A stretch of DNA of 64,000 nt, from assembly GCA_963796275.1 (NCBI GenBank), contig CAWCKY010000003.1:1312001-1376000 (forward strand), read 5' to 3'. This document shows positions 39,011 to 50,685 of this stretch, one piece after another. Under the pieces are notes generated by a model. That model was not told where the DNA came from. It was given only the letters and a program-made list of their open reading frames with translations, and did not search any database. The DNA comes from an uncultured Acidobacteriota bacterium. Its GTDB lineage: Bacteria > Acidobacteriota > Blastocatellia > RBC074. A program made the translations under genes and the position numbers. Each line of letters opens with the position of its first letter. Within the stretch, counting starts at the first letter, position 1.

Positions 39011-39292
39011 ATGGCTGAGGTAATCAAATGCGAACGTTGCGGGCAGAACCTGCCGGGATTGGAAAAAGCGCCATTCGGAAGCGCGCTGGGCAAAAAGATA
39101 CACGAGCAGGTTTGTCAGGCTTGTTGGAAGGCATGGCTTGCGACGCAGAATCAATTGATTAATCATTATGGTTTGAGCACGATCAACCCTGAGCATCAGC
39201 AGTTTCTGATTCAAAATATGGAGGCATTTCTCTTCGGTAGCGGGGAGCAAGCGAAGATCGACGAGAGTTTGCAGGGAACAATTTCGCATTGA
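39011..39292 (+). CDS. yggX: Fe(II)-trafficking / oxidative damage protection protein YggX
   Basis: LGKKIHEQVCQACWKAWL..QNQLIN...FL.QNMEAFLF. Confidence 0.85.
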   Translation: MAEVIKCERCGQNLPGLEKAPFGSALGKKIHEQVCQACWKAWLATQNQLINHYGLSTINPEHQQFLIQNMEAFLFGSGEQAKIDESLQGTISH

Positions 39293-39455
39293 GCTGGCGA
39301 TCGGTTGAGCTGGAGAACACGGATAGCCGGGCGAAAGAAATGGTAAATTGACAAGGGAGGCCCTGACGTATATCTTTCGCCGGTTGATCTATAGGATCGT
39401 TTATCAGGGGTTCGCAGCATAAGTTTGCAGGATAAGCATAAGATTGTTGGAGTTT

Positions 39456-40106
39456 ATGAAGAACGAGAAATATGTGGGCATCGCGCCCGATGATGACAAT
39501 GATATAAAGGTAATCGATGATCTTTCGGTATTGCGCGGAGGAGATGAAGGGCCGGCAGGTCTGGTGGGCGAAATGCGCTCACTCTTACGAGATATAGTCT
39601 TTGCAGGCGTGATAGCCATTTTGATTGTGGTCTTTGTCGTCCAACCGGTGAGAGTTGAAGGGCAGAGCATGATGCCCAAACTGCACGATCAGGACCGCAT
39701 TTTCGTTAATAAATTCATCTATCCGCTGCGCGAGTGGCTTGGCGACCGGTATCCCATTAAACGCGGTGATATCGTTGTTCTGCTCTTCCCCAATGATCCG
39801 TCGAAATCATACATCAAGAGGGTGGTTGGGTTGCCGGGTGAGAGAGTTGAAATCCACGACGGCAAGCTCTTCATCAATAATCAGCAGATAGATGAGCCCT
39901 ACCTTGATGCGACGTACCTTTCGCACGACTCAACCCCGACTCCCGTGGAAGTGACATCTCATCATTACTTCGTTATGGGTGATAATCGGAACTACAGTAG
40001 TGACAGCCGCAGTTGGGGCCTCGTACCTGAAAAATACATCTATGGCAAGGCCATCTTCCGTTACTACCCGTTTATGCCGTTTGAGCGTGTAGGCAAGATT
40101 GAATAA
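39456..40106 (+). CDS. lepB: Signal peptidase I
   Basis: [38 protein letters not shown]. Confidence 0.93.
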   Translation: MKNEKYVGIAPDDDNDIKVIDDLSVLRGGDEGPAGLVGEMRSLLRDIVFAGVIAILIVVFVVQPVRVEGQSMMPKLHDQDRIFVNKFIYPLREWLGDRYPIKRGDIVVLLFPNDPSKSYIKRVVGLPGERVEIHDGKLFINNQQIDEPYLDATYLSHDSTPTPVEVTSHHYFVMGDNRNYSSDSRSWGLVPEKYIYGKAIFRYYPFMPFERVGKIE

Positions 40107-40115
40107 GTCCGAAAT

Positions 40116-40205
40116 TTGGGAAAACGAATAGACAAAGAAGGGCAAAACTGGCAAAAGCCTGGAGAGTTTGCCTCTTTTGCCCTTCTTTGTCCGTTTTGTT
40201 TCCAA
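40116..40205. repeat. GGCAAAA-type palindromic element
   Basis: Perfect 17-bp arms GACAAAGAAGGGCAAAA (40131) / TTTTGCCCTTCTTTGTC (40175). Confidence 0.85.
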
Positions 40206-40243
40206 TGCCCCATACCAATCGAAAAAGATCAGCAAAATGATCT

Positions 40244-41521
40244 ATGGTGAGAAATCTTCGTCTATTTTTTGAGCTCTTCTGGCAGCCATTGACATCGCTT
40301 AAACGATTGCGCGATCGCGCGCCCGTCGGATTTGCGCTCACCGCGGCTTGGCTCGTGACGATGGTCTATGTGCTGATCGCCGTCGCGTTGGGTGGTTACG
40401 CTCTCTCAGCCGGGCGCGGCGTTCGGATGGCGCGTCGCATATACGGGGGGATTTTAGGGGAGATAGTTCACATCTGGATGGACAGCTTTTTACAGGCTGC
40501 AATGTGGGCGACCTTGATCGTCTTATTTATTTCGGTTATCTATGTGCCGTTCGCCATTCTGATCGCAAATCTGTTCGAACGGCGCGCCAGTTATTCGCTG
40601 GTTATCCGTGAGGAGTTCGCGTCGACGGTCTCTTGTGCTCTGGCATCGCTCTCCGTCTCCCTGTTAATTACGATACTTCCCGCAGCGGTCATTGGCTGGC
40701 AAAGCACCATACTACCGAGCGGCGCCGCGGGCGGGTATCTTTTCCTGTTGGCCTTGATTCCGGTGCCGATCTTTGCGGCGTTCATGACGCTCGCAATCGG
40801 GACCGTATTCCGGATCAGCTGGCTGGCCGCGACTTTTACGAGCCTCCTGTCATTCTTGACGCTGATCGGGATGATCCTCCTAATGCAGGCCGCGACATTC
40901 ATCTGTACCTCGCCTTTCCTTCTCCTGCTCCTCCTGTTTTTGCTGCGAGACCAGATCGACGATTTTATGAAGTCGGCACGGGCGCGCCAGTCGTTCAAAC
41001 AGAACCTCGAGGCCGCGACGCTCAACCCGGCGGACTCATCCGCCCATTACAATCTGGGGCTGCTTTATCAAACGCGCGGAGAGGATGAAGCCGCCGCAGG
41101 CGCTTTCCGTAAAGCAGTTGAGATCGATAGCCTGGAGACCGATGCGCATTATCAACTCGGACGCATTGCCAGGCAGCAGGGAAGGTTCGATGAAGCGATC
41201 GCCCATTTCGAGAGAGTCGTACAGCAGAACTCCAATCACAGCCATCACGAGGTTTGGCGCGAGACGGGGCTCGTATATTATGAAGCCGGGCAATACAAGG
41301 ATGCTCTCGCGATGTTCGATAAATTTTTGGGCGAGCGGCCTTCGGATGCGCAGGGCCGCTACTGGCGCGGGATGACTCTTTATCAATTGGGGCGACCCGC
41401 CGAGGCATCACTGGAGATGCAGGAGTGCATAGAAGCGGTCAAGACATCTCCGGCATATAAATATCGCACTGAGAGGCAATGGCTTCACCAGGCGGAGAGT
41501 TTTTTGCGCGAAAGGAAGTAA
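40244..41521 (+). CDS. Yip1-like membrane domain plus C-terminal TPR protein
   Basis: Several TM helices then [20 protein letters not shown] repeats. Confidence 0.8.
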   Translation: MVRNLRLFFELFWQPLTSLKRLRDRAPVGFALTAAWLVTMVYVLIAVALGGYALSAGRGVRMARRIYGGILGEIVHIWMDSFLQAAMWATLIVLFISVIYVPFAILIANLFERRASYSLVIREEFASTVSCALASLSVSLLITILPAAVIGWQSTILPSGAAGGYLFLLALIPVPIFAAFMTLAIGTVFRISWLAATFTSLLSFLTLIGMILLMQAATFICTSPFLLLLLLFLLRDQIDDFMKSARARQSFKQNLEAATLNPADSSAHYNLGLLYQTRGEDEAAAGAFRKAVEIDSLETDAHYQLGRIARQQGRFDEAIAHFERVVQQNSNHSHHEVWRETGLVYYEAGQYKDALAMFDKFLGERPSDAQGRYWRGMTLYQLGRPAEASLEMQECIEAVKTSPAYKYRTERQWLHQAESFLRERK

Positions 41522-41533
41522 TGCGTGGGGATC

Positions 41534-41628
41534 GCCACAAAAAAGTCACAAAACTTAGGTACAAAGGTAGGGGATGGAATAAGTCACTCTCCGGCGCCTT
41601 CCTGTTTTATCTTTGTGTTTTTTGTTGC
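41534..41628. repeat. CACAAAA-type palindromic element
   Basis: GCCACAAAAAAGTCACAAAA // TTTGTGTTTTTTGTTGC. Confidence 0.55.
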
Positions 41629-41656
41629 AACCTCTCGCAATCCGTAGGGGGAGTGA

Positions 41657-42850
41657 ATGATAAATAATGCGGTTCTCGCGCTCGAAGATGGAAAGGTATT
41701 TCGCGGGCGCGGCTGGGGCGCCACTGGCGAGCGCTTCGGCGAAATAGTTTTCAATACATCTATGATGGGTTATCAGGAGATCCTTACCGATCCCTCCTAT
41801 GCCGGTCAGATCGTAACCATGACCTATCCGTTGATTGGAAACTACGGGGTGAACTTCGAAGACATCGAGTCGCGCCGGCCGTTTGTGGAGGGGTTCGTCG
41901 TTCGCGAGTACTCTGAGGTCAGCTCCAACTGGCGCGCGCGCATCTCACTTGATGAATATCTCAAGCGTCAAGGAATCGTGGGTATATCCGATATCGATAC
42001 GCGTGCGCTGGTTCGGCATATCCGCGAAAAGGGCGCAATGCGCGCCTGCCTTTCATCGATCGATCAGGACGAGAAGAGGCTCGTCGAAAAAGCGAAAAAC
42101 GCTCCCCACATGGTGGGTCGTAACCTGGTAGATGAGGTCACTTGCGGCGATCCTTATCATTGGTCGGAAGTTGTAGACGAACAGACGACGCTCGACCCGC
42201 TCACCGCCGTTCGCAAAGAGGCTGACAGTTTGCTGGTGCCGGGAGAAGAGCCTTTCCGGGTGGTAGCTTACGATTTTGGTATCAAGTACTACATTCTGCG
42301 CTATCTCGAGGCATTCGGCTGCCATGTCACGGTCGTGCCGGCTCGCACTTTGGCCGACGATGTACTGGCGCTCGCACCGGATGGCATCTTTCTTTCAAAC
42401 GGGCCGGGAGACCCCGCGGCGCTGCCGGGAATCGTCGGTGAGGTGAAGCACCTAATCGGCGCGGCGCCGGTCTTCGGAATCTGTCTCGGTCATCAATTAC
42501 TTGGTCTGGCATTCGGAGGAAAGACTTACAAGCTCAAGTTCGGTCACCGCGGAGGCAACCAGCCCGTTAAGAATTTGCAGACAGATCGTATAGAAATCAC
42601 ATCCCACAACCATGGGTTCGCGGTCGATCCTGAAAGTTTGAATCCCGGCGAAATAGAACTGACTCATTTCAATCTAAACGACAACTGCCTCGAAGGTTTT
42701 CGCCACAGATCCCTCCCTATATTTTCGGTGCAATACCATCCCGAAGCGGGCCCCGGGCCGCACGACGCGACCTATCTTTTCCGCGAGTTTATCGCAAAGA
42801 TGCGCGAACACCGCGATCAGCTTAAAAGGATCGTGCAGACGAAAAATTGA
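41657..42850 (+). CDS. carA: Carbamoyl-phosphate synthase small subunit
   Basis: [38 protein letters not shown]. Confidence 0.97.
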   Translation: MINNAVLALEDGKVFRGRGWGATGERFGEIVFNTSMMGYQEILTDPSYAGQIVTMTYPLIGNYGVNFEDIESRRPFVEGFVVREYSEVSSNWRARISLDEYLKRQGIVGISDIDTRALVRHIREKGAMRACLSSIDQDEKRLVEKAKNAPHMVGRNLVDEVTCGDPYHWSEVVDEQTTLDPLTAVRKEADSLLVPGEEPFRVVAYDFGIKYYILRYLEAFGCHVTVVPARTLADDVLALAPDGIFLSNGPGDPAALPGIVGEVKHLIGAAPVFGICLGHQLLGLAFGGKTYKLKFGHRGGNQPVKNLQTDRIEITSHNHGFAVDPESLNPGEIELTHFNLNDNCLEGFRHRSLPIFSVQYHPEAGPGPHDATYLFREFIAKMREHRDQLKRIVQTKN

Positions 42851-42875
42851 AAATCATGTTTACCGAGGAGAAGAG

Positions 42876-43622
42876 TTGAATATCTCCGCGACTATTATCG
42901 TCCGTAACGAAGAGATCAATATCGCGGCGGTCTGCGAAACGGTGGCCTGGGCGGACGAACTCATCATCGTCGATTCGGACTCGACGGACCGCACGGTCGA
43001 GATCGCGCGGCAGTACACCGACAAAATCTTCAACCGGCCCTTTCGCGGTTACAAAGACAAACACGAATTCGCGGATTCGCAGACTACCGGCGATTGGATT
43101 TTCTGGATCGATGCCGATGAAAGAGTCTCGCCGGAGTTGCGCGAATCGATTGATAACCTGAGGCTTAGTGATCCGGATACTCTGCCCGACGGTTTTCGCA
43201 TCGCGCGGCGCACACAATACCTGGGACGCTGGATCGGGCACTCCGGGTGGTATCCCGATTACCAGATGCGGCTCTATCGAAAGGCCTCAAGTTATTGGGA
43301 TGGCGTCTCTCCCCACGAGACGGCGCGCGTTCGTGGGCGGATCGAGACGTTACCCGGCCAGTTCTTCCATTACACAATCCGCGATCTGAGCGAGCATCAC
43401 CGAGTGCTGGATGAATACACGACGCTTGCGGCCGAATATCATCTTCGGAAAAATAAACTCGTCAGCGGAATTCAAATCTTCACCCTCTCGATTGCCGCTT
43501 TTCTCCGCACCTACTTGGTCAAACAAGGCTTCCGCGATGGCGTCCCGGGGTTAATTATCGCGATGTTCACGGCGTACAGTGTCTTCCTCAAATACGCCAA
43601 GATATGGGAAAGAGGTAAGTGA
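42876..43622 (+). CDS. Glycosyltransferase family 2 (WaaE/LgtF-like)
   Basis: [35 protein letters not shown]. Confidence 0.9.
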   Translation: MNISATIIVRNEEINIAAVCETVAWADELIIVDSDSTDRTVEIARQYTDKIFNRPFRGYKDKHEFADSQTTGDWIFWIDADERVSPELRESIDNLRLSDPDTLPDGFRIARRTQYLGRWIGHSGWYPDYQMRLYRKASSYWDGVSPHETARVRGRIETLPGQFFHYTIRDLSEHHRVLDEYTTLAAEYHLRKNKLVSGIQIFTLSIAAFLRTYLVKQGFRDGVPGLIIAMFTAYSVFLKYAKIWERGK

Positions 43623-43882
43623 TGATGGCTGCTCTGTTCAAATCAGGATAGAGTCCTGAGATATCTATGAGCTATTTATAAATGTCGCTACCAGAGCATA
43701 TATCCCGTAATAATTTATTTTGAATTTCAACCGTCACATTGGGTCATGAATATGATTTCGCTCTGGAAATGAACCGACTTCATTTGATATGATGCAGGAT
43801 ACTATCACGCACCTCCCGCCCACGGTTGAGCGCGATCGTACTCAAGTCTGAACGGCTGAGATATCTCGAGGATGATTGATAA

Positions 43883-44071
43883 TTTTGCGCGCGCCCGCCA
43901 CGCACTTTACGCAGGCGCGCGCCACCTCCGAGTGCGTTCAAAGCACCAATCGCACTCGGGTTTCAAGCGCGCTTAACAACGGCATTTTAACGAGCGCGCT
44001 CGAATTATCTCTACGTATTCATGACGTCTGAACTTGCCCCGTGTCGGATTACCTGAAAATAAAAATTCTCC
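43883..44071. repeat. Structured repeat unit, copy 1 (candidate ncRNA)
   Basis: Three hairpins; direct repeat of 44121-44311. Confidence 0.75.
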
Positions 44072-44120
44072 GAGAATTTCCTACTAAAGGCGACTTGGAT
44101 AGTATTAGCGGATAGCGATC

Positions 44121-44311
44121 TTTTGCGCGCGCCCGCCTTGCACTCTAATGCAGGCGCGCGCCCCGCCGAGTGCGCTATGCGCCTAATCGCACTCGGGCTC
44201 GAGCGCGCGTAACAACGGCATTTTAACGCGCGCGCTCGAGAAAATCCTTACGTATGCATGACGCCTTGAGCCACGATGTTGTCGGATCACCTGAATATTA
44301 AAATCCTCTCC
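44121..44311. repeat. Structured repeat unit, copy 2 (candidate ncRNA)
   Basis: Same stems, variable loops, compensatory changes relative to copy 1. Confidence 0.75.
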
Positions 44312-44510
44312 ATTTTGATTATATTGTACGGGACGATTGGTATGACAATATCTCAAACCTCGCATAGTACCTAACCTGTTGCCTTTCTCCATCATTCGGC
44401 CTATAAGTTCTCCAAGAAAAAATAATTTTAACAGGACTGTTCCCCGACTCCGAGACAGCCCGCAGTCCTGTGATCAATAGATATAAAAGTCCCAGCTTTG
44501 GAGGATCTAT

Positions 44511-47500
44511 ATGAGACACACACTTAAATTGATCGTTACGATCTTGATTGTGACGTTTGTGGGAACCGCTACTGCATTGGCACAGGCATCGAGTTCAACG
44601 GCAGAACTGCGCGGACAGATTACTGACGCCAACGGCGCGGTCATTCCCGGCGCGAAGGTTACTCTTCTCGACAAGGCCAAAGGGGTGAGCCGCACTGCCA
44701 CCGCCGATGTTGACGGTAATTATGCTTTTATAGGCTTGCTGCCGAGCTCTTATGATTTAAAAGTCGAAGCGCAGGGGTTTGCCGCCTCCAACACGGCGAC
44801 GGTTGAATTGACCGTCGGCCAACAGGCGAACATACCGTTTAAGCTGAGCGCCGGTGGGGTTCAGGCGACGATAGACATAGTTGCAGGCGCAGAGGTGGTT
44901 GAAACTAACCGGACAGAACAGTCTTCAACTATAGGCGCGAGACAGATCAACAGTCTGCCCATCAACCGCCGCAACTTTCTCGACTATGCGCTGCTCACGC
45001 CGGGTGTAGCCGATTCGGATAACATAGCCGATTCTTCCGATTTTCGTGTGGCTCAGACTCCACAGAGCGGGTTGTCTTTCGGCGGGAATAACGGTCGCGG
45101 GAACATGGTATCGGTGGATGGCGCGGAGACGCTCGGAGCTTCTGGCGGCGTGCAGGCTACGATCAGCCAGGAAGCTGTGCAGGAGTTTCAGGTTGTGCGC
45201 AACAGTTATAGCGCGGAGCTCGGCGGGGCTTCCGGCGGCGTGGTCAATATAGTATCAAAGTCAGGGGCCAACAGTTTCCATGGCAGCGCCTTCGGACTCT
45301 TTCGCGATCAGCGCTTCGACGCGCGTAATTTTTTCGACTACAACCCGAATGGCAAATCGTCCTTCAATCGCCAGCAATATGGAGGGTCAGTCGGCGGGCC
45401 GATCAAACAGGACAAGATCTTCTTTTTCTCCTCGGTTGAGCGGCTGAGCCAGGACAGGACTACATTCGTCAACCTGCCGATCAATACGAACCCGACGGCT
45501 TCGCAGACCGCGCTGATCAGTTATCTGAGTGGCTTCCCAGGATTACCATCAATGGTCGCTACAGGGTTGCAGACTGCTTTAACAACCACCCCGCAATCTA
45601 ACCCGGGCACCGTCAATCTCTTTACCAACGCGAGCGGGCAGTTCCCATTTAGTGATGATCAGACGCAGTTTTCGGCGCGTATCGATCGCAACTTCACCGA
45701 CCGCAGCAGTGGCTATCTCCGGTTCAACCTGACCGATTCAGTCTTCGAGAATCAGGCTGCAGGTGCACTAACTGCCGTCTCGCGCGGTCGCACAGCGGAT
45801 ACTTTCAATGGAGGCGTGGTCGGGTCACACAATTATCAGTTCAGCCCGACGACGTTTAACGAGCTGAAGCTGCAATTCAGTTATACTCGTGCGGGCTTCC
45901 TGCCGAACGATCCGAACGGACCGGAGTTGAACATCGAGGGATTCGGTTTCTTCGGCCGTGACATCTTCTTGCCTTCTCGCTCAATCGATCGTCACTTCGA
46001 TGTATATGACAACGTCACGAAGGTTATGGGCGACCACACCTTGAAATTCGGCGGTTCGATGTTCTTCAACCGGCTGGGTACAAGCAATGAGACCTATCTG
46101 GGCGGGCGATTCAGTTTCCAACCTGTTATTCCGCTCGGCAATGTCATATCGGGGAGTGTTGGAATGCAAAACCTGACATTATTGCGAAATTTCCTGCAAA
46201 CCAATCAGCCTAGTTTGTTGGCGAACCTGAATGCGCCGATAAATTCTATTCAGGCATTCAACTTGGGATTACCAGCATCCTTCCAGGGGGGCTTCGGCGA
46301 GCCGAATGCCTTTTCTTGGACGAATCGCTACGCATTCTATGTTCAAGATACGTGGAAGCTGCGGCCAAGTTTCACATTGAACTACGGGTTGCGTTATTCG
46401 CTTCACGACGAGCCGTTATTCATTCCTACGTACAGGAAGGACTTTCAGCCGCGAGTCGGCTTCTCATGGGACCCGCGGCGCGACGGCAAAACGGTGATTC
46501 GTGGCGGTGCGGGCATCTTCACCGGCTTTCTCAACAACTCGATTGCAAACGTGACTTCAGAATTGTCCGGGACGGGCGATCCGACCAACATCTTCATAGT
46601 CCTTGCGACACCGTCGTCGGCGCCGTCGTCCTTCGCTGTCTATCAGACGCTCTTGCAGCGCGGAGTGTTGGGGACCAGGCCGATATCGTTGTCTGATGTA
46701 TCGGGTCCGCCGCTCAATATTAACCCGGGTCCGGGTCAGCCACTGGAGGTGCGGTTCCGCCTTGGGCCAAACTATCGCAACCCGACGACCTACCAGGCGA
46801 GCCTCGGCGTTCAACGCGATCTCGGCGCAGGATTTTCCCTGGACCTGAGCTACCTTTATGCCCGCGGTATACATCTGTCGCGGAACCGCGATACCAATCA
46901 AATCAGCCAAACAGGTTTCAATCCGACATTCAATACTACCTGCTTCGTTCGCAACCCCAGCACCGCACCGCCGTGCATCGGGGGATCAACCGACCTCCGC
47001 GACCGGAATCGATTCCAGGACAATGTCTATGAGCAGACGGCCAATTCGTTCTATCACGGCTTCACCGTGCAGGTGCAGCGACGTTTTTCCACGAACTTCA
47101 GTCTTAACTCGCATTACACGCTGGCCAAGTCGATCGATGAAGTGACCGATTTCAACAGTGACTTTTCGGCACAGAATCCATTGAATCTGAACCTCGATCG
47201 ATCGCTATCAGCCTTCGATCAGCGCCATCGCTTTGTGGTCAGCGGCGTCTTCCAAAGCCCGTTTCAGAACGTGGCGTTGAAGCAATGGGTTTTCGCACCG
47301 ATCTTCGTCGGCCAGAGCGGCCGGCCCTTCAATTTGTTGCTGGGTTCCGATGCCAACAATGACGGGCGTTCCCAGAGCGATCGCCCGGGGCAGGCTGGAC
47401 GCAACACCGGCCTGGGCGAGGCGTATTACAGCTTCGATACGCGTCTCGGTCGCCGCTTCTTCGTCAAGGAGAGCCGTTTCCTCGAATTGACCTTCGAGGT

Positions 47501-47681
47501 CTTCAATCTGTTCAATCGCTCGAATTTGCTTGGCATCAATAATGTTGTCGGTGCCAGCTACATCGGTATAACCGACTACGATGCGCGCGGCAGTCGCGAT
47601 CGGAGGCCGACCGAACCACTAGGCTTCACGTCGGCGGCCGATGCGCGGCAAATGCAGTTCGGCGCACGGTTCATGTGGTAA
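44511..47681 (+). CDS. Oar-like TonB-dependent receptor with carboxypeptidase-regulatory-like N-domain
   Basis: Signal peptide, [49 protein letters not shown]-terminal [11 protein letters not shown]. Confidence 0.92.
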   Translation: MRHTLKLIVTILIVTFVGTATALAQASSSTAELRGQITDANGAVIPGAKVTLLDKAKGVSRTATADVDGNYAFIGLLPSSYDLKVEAQGFAASNTATVELTVGQQANIPFKLSAGGVQATIDIVAGAEVVETNRTEQSSTIGARQINSLPINRRNFLDYALLTPGVADSDNIADSSDFRVAQTPQSGLSFGGNNGRGNMVSVDGAETLGASGGVQATISQEAVQEFQVVRNSYSAELGGASGGVVNIVSKSGANSFHGSAFGLFRDQRFDARNFFDYNPNGKSSFNRQQYGGSVGGPIKQDKIFFFSSVERLSQDRTTFVNLPINTNPTASQTALISYLSGFPGLPSMVATGLQTALTTTPQSNPGTVNLFTNASGQFPFSDDQTQFSARIDRNFTDRSSGYLRFNLTDSVFENQAAGALTAVSRGRTADTFNGGVVGSHNYQFSPTTFNELKLQFSYTRAGFLPNDPNGPELNIEGFGFFGRDIFLPSRSIDRHFDVYDNVTKVMGDHTLKFGGSMFFNRLGTSNETYLGGRFSFQPVIPLGNVISGSVGMQNLTLLRNFLQTNQPSLLANLNAPINSIQAFNLGLPASFQGGFGEPNAFSWTNRYAFYVQDTWKLRPSFTLNYGLRYSLHDEPLFIPTYRKDFQPRVGFSWDPRRDGKTVIRGGAGIFTGFLNNSIANVTSELSGTGDPTNIFIVLATPSSAPSSFAVYQTLLQRGVLGTRPISLSDVSGPPLNINPGPGQPLEVRFRLGPNYRNPTTYQASLGVQRDLGAGFSLDLSYLYARGIHLSRNRDTNQISQTGFNPTFNTTCFVRNPSTAPPCIGGSTDLRDRNRFQDNVYEQTANSFYHGFTVQVQRRFSTNFSLNSHYTLAKSIDEVTDFNSDFSAQNPLNLNLDRSLSAFDQRHRFVVSGVFQSPFQNVALKQWVFAPIFVGQSGRPFNLLLGSDANNDGRSQSDRPGQAGRNTGLGEAYYSFDTRLGRRFFVKESRFLELTFEVFNLFNRSNLLGINNVVGASYIGITDYDARGSRDRRPTEPLGFTSAADARQMQFGARFMW

Positions 47682-47692
47682 AGACGTAAGGT

Positions 47693-47768
47693 TTCAAGAC
47701 GAAGGGTCAAGATCGAGGGGTCAAAGATGCTACACTCTAGCTTCTTTGACCCTTGATCTTTTGATCCA
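47693..47768. repeat. Heptameric palindrome (TCAAGAN / NTCTTGA-like)
   Basis: GGGTCAAGAT..GGGTCAAAGA // TCTTTGACCCTTGATC. Confidence 0.7.
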
Positions 47769-47891
47769 TCGTGTTGAGACTGTTATTTACTGCATCGACA
47801 TTGTATTGACAAATCTGAATTGCTCGGTCTTCCGCCGATACGCGGCGGGGAGGCTGAACAGGTCCATATTAACAACGGGAGAAGCATTTAA

Positions 47892-48692
47892 ATGTCGGCG
47901 AAGCGATCCATCATTTTGTTCGTATTGATAGCAACGATTTTCTGTATAAGCTGCGGGAGCAATGAAGAGGCGGTTGTCCCCGCCGGGCCGCTATGGAAGC
48001 CATCAGGAAATGAAGGCAATATTACGGGAGTCATATCTTTCAATGGCGAGGTTCCGGCACCGCGTAAAATGGAGATGAGCCAGGATTCGGCCTGCGAAAA
48101 TATGGGCGAGTCTTTCTTTGACGACGTAATCGTCAGCGACGGCAAACTGAAGAATGTCTTTGTCTATGTCAAGAACGGACTACCGAAAGCCTCTTTCGAG
48201 ATACCCGCTGCCGAAGTATCGCTCGATCAAAAGGGCTGCCAATACGTCCCGCGCGTTCTCGGGGTCCAGACGGGACAGGCGTTGAAGATCCTCAATTCCG
48301 ATCCGACCGATCACAATATTCATCCGACTCCGAAAATGAATAGGGAATGGAATCAGTCGCAGTTGGCGGGCCAGGGGCCGATCACCCGCAAGTTCACAAA
48401 AGAGGAGACCCTGTTTCAGGTAAAATGCAACAAACATCCGTGGATGACGGCCTGGCTGGGCGTGCTCTCACACCCGTTCTTCGCCGTCAGCGGCGCCGAT
48501 GGGTCGTTCGCAATCAAAGGCTTGCCGTCGGGTGAATATGAAATCGAAGCCTGGCACGAAAAGTACGGCGTCAGGACGCTGAAAGTAAAGGTGAATGAAC
48601 GCGCTGATTCGACTGCCGATTTTACGTTTAATGCGGATACGGCATACAAAGAGTCGTCATTAAAAATACAACCGGCAGTAGTCATTCCGTGA
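47892..48692 (+). CDS. Lipoprotein with cupredoxin-like and carboxypeptidase-regulatory domains
   Basis: Lipobox ISC, LDQKGCQYVP, NSDPTDHNIH, KCNKHPWM, EAWHE. Confidence 0.78.
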   Translation: MSAKRSIILFVLIATIFCISCGSNEEAVVPAGPLWKPSGNEGNITGVISFNGEVPAPRKMEMSQDSACENMGESFFDDVIVSDGKLKNVFVYVKNGLPKASFEIPAAEVSLDQKGCQYVPRVLGVQTGQALKILNSDPTDHNIHPTPKMNREWNQSQLAGQGPITRKFTKEETLFQVKCNKHPWMTAWLGVLSHPFFAVSGADGSFAIKGLPSGEYEIEAWHEKYGVRTLKVKVNERADSTADFTFNADTAYKESSLKIQPAVVIP

Positions 48693-48711
48693 TAAATAAC
48701 CGGGGTTTGCT

Positions 48712-49332
48712 GTGCCACCGACTCTGACGAAAAATAAGACCGGAGAGTCTTCGATTGCCGAACGCACTCCGCCGCCTGAAGGCTATCGCATCGCGATCTT
48801 GCTCGCGCTCGTCAGCATCACAATGCTGTTTCTTGCGTTGACGAGCGCATACATCTTCAATCGCGCGAATACCCAGCCTATCGTGATGCCCCGTGTCTTG
48901 TGGTTGAGCACGACCCTGATTATCGCCAGCAGCTTTACGATGGAGTTCGCGCGCCGTTCCCTGAGACTTAGGCACGAACGCCGGTTTAAAACCTGGCTGG
49001 TCGTCACGATGATGCTCGGGTTGGGTTTTTTGGGCGCACAGATCGCTGCATGGCGAGATCTGGTTGAGAGCGGGTTTTACATCAATCGAAATTTTTACAA
49101 CGGCTACGCGTATATCAGAAATTTCCACAGCAGCTATGCTTATATTTTTACCGGGCTACACGGCGTGCATCTTCTGGGGGGACTCGTTGCCCTGGCTTAT
49201 CTCACGATGCGCGATCAAGCGAGCTGGACGGCGGTCCGGAGACGCGTCTCGGTCGATGTGACGGCGCTTTACTGGCACTTCCTGGATGGGCTTTGGATCT
49301 ATCTTCTGGCCCTTCTATTTTTCTGGAAATGA
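48712..49332 (+). CDS. Heme-copper oxidase subunit III-like
   Basis: TMLFLALTSAY, FTGLHGVHLLGG, YWHFLDGLWIYL. Confidence 0.88.
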   Translation: MPPTLTKNKTGESSIAERTPPPEGYRIAILLALVSITMLFLALTSAYIFNRANTQPIVMPRVLWLSTTLIIASSFTMEFARRSLRLRHERRFKTWLVVTMMLGLGFLGAQIAAWRDLVESGFYINRNFYNGYAYIRNFHSSYAYIFTGLHGVHLLGGLVALAYLTMRDQASWTAVRRRVSVDVTALYWHFLDGLWIYLLALLFFWK

Positions 49333-49341
49333 GGAAACGAG

Positions 49342-49593
49342 ATGATTGTCGGACCAGTTTTGATTGCTTGCGCGGCGATTTCTCTGCAAACCATCACCGG
49401 CTATGCATACGTTCTCTGCCCGACGTGCAAAGCGAGCATTTCCGCTGACGGAAACGCTGGGGAGCTTGCGCAGACGATAAATTCGGCTATCCTGGTTTTA
49501 CTCGTGCCGACGCTTCTCATCATCGGCGGACTTATCAGATTAGTTTTTAAATATGTCAATTTCAGATACTTCCGACTCTCAACGCGATTTTGA
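49342..49593 (+). CDS. Small CxxC membrane protein (3' end affected by indel at 49568)
   Basis: CPTCK...INSAILVLL. Confidence 0.6.
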   Translation: MIVGPVLIACAAISLQTITGYAYVLCPTCKASISADGNAGELAQTINSAILVLLVPTLLIIGGLIRLVFKYVNFRYFRLSTRF

Positions 49594-49979
49594 ATAGCAT
49601 CAGTGCGGTCCTGCTAACAATCGGGTTTGTCTTTATTCGTCGCAAGAATATTAAAGCACATCGAGCCTGCATGATCGCCGCCTTTGCCACGTCAACATTA
49701 TTTCTTATCTCCTATCTCATTTATCACTATAACCACGGCGCGACGGGCTTTTCCGGAGAAGGAATAGTTCGATTTGTATATTTCACGGTTCTGATCACCC
49801 ACACGATACTGGCTGCGGCGATCGTACCGCTGGTTTTCATCACCTTTTCCCGGGCATTGAGAAAGAAGTTCGACAAGCACAAAAAGATAGCTAGATGGAC
49901 ATTACCGTTGTGGCTTTACGTTTCAGTGACGGGCGTGTTCGTATATTTGATGCTCTATCAACTCTACCCCGGGCGTTGA
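49553..49979 (+). CDS. DUF420 (CtaM-like) membrane protein; extra base at 49568
   Basis: Repaired N-terminus [15 protein letters not shown]; [34 protein letters not shown]. Confidence 0.88.
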
Positions 49980-50683
49980 ACTCGAGATGCGATCATTTGA
50001 CGCACGCTCTCGACCAGTTCATCGATATTCTCATCTCTGTATCCCTGCGCGCTGACTGGCGGAAGCACTTCCAGGAAGACATTTCCGGGCTCGCATTTTT
50101 TTGCGCCCTTCCCCAGCACCAGACCGGTATTGTTGATCACTACCGGCGCAATCGCCACCCCCGCTTCGATCGCCATATAGAATATTCCTTTTTTGAACTC
50201 AGCGACGCGGCCGTCAGCGCTCCGTGTGCCTTCGGGAAAAGCCATCAAAGAATGGCCGCGGCGGAGTTCTTCTGCGCCCCGCTTAGTGCTGGCGATCGCG
50301 CTTTCCCGGTTGCTCCTGTCGATCGTGACGACATGAGCGAGCGGAAACCCCTGTTTGAAAAACGGGACCTTTAACAACTCCTTTTTTGCGATCGCCCCGA
50401 CGTTGTGTCCCAGATGAGCGAACATCAAAGGCGGGTCGAGATTGCTCTGGTGATTGGCGACGAATACGTATGCCCGATCGCGATCCAGTTTATCGACCCC
50501 CTTTACGTGAACACGCGCCCCCGCCGACCAGAGATAGATGCGGCAGGCGAATTTGGCGTAAGGAAAAATGAAATCTTCGACGCCGAATACCGTCCGCAAG
50601 ATGTGGCCGATGAAGATCAGCGGCGGCCCCATCGTCAGTAGTAATAGTCCGGCAACCAGGAATGTCCAGTAGTAACGCAACAT
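49964..50683 (-). CDS. plsC: 1-acyl-sn-glycerol-3-phosphate acyltransferase
   Basis: NHQSNLD, AKKEL, FPEGTRS, FKKG; start ATG 50683. Confidence 0.88.
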   Translation of the reverse strand: MLRYYWTFLVAGLLLLTMGPPLIFIGHILRTVFGVEDFIFPYAKFACRIYLWSAGARVHVKGVDKLDRDRAYVFVANHQSNLDPPLMFAHLGHNVGAIAKKELLKVPFFKQGFPLAHVVTIDRSNRESAIASTKRGAEELRRGHSLMAFPEGTRSADGRVAEFKKGIFYMAIEAGVAIAPVVINNTGLVLGKGAKKCEPGNVFLEVLPPVSAQGYRDENIDELVESVRQMIASRVQRPG

Positions 50684-50685
50684 AC

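Noticed and set aside
43883-44311. CRISPR array, integron attC sites or duplicated small ORF
   Set aside because: Only two ~190-bp units with no short repeat-spacer pattern or cas genes, no paired attC R boxes or integrase, and reading frames are not conserved between copies
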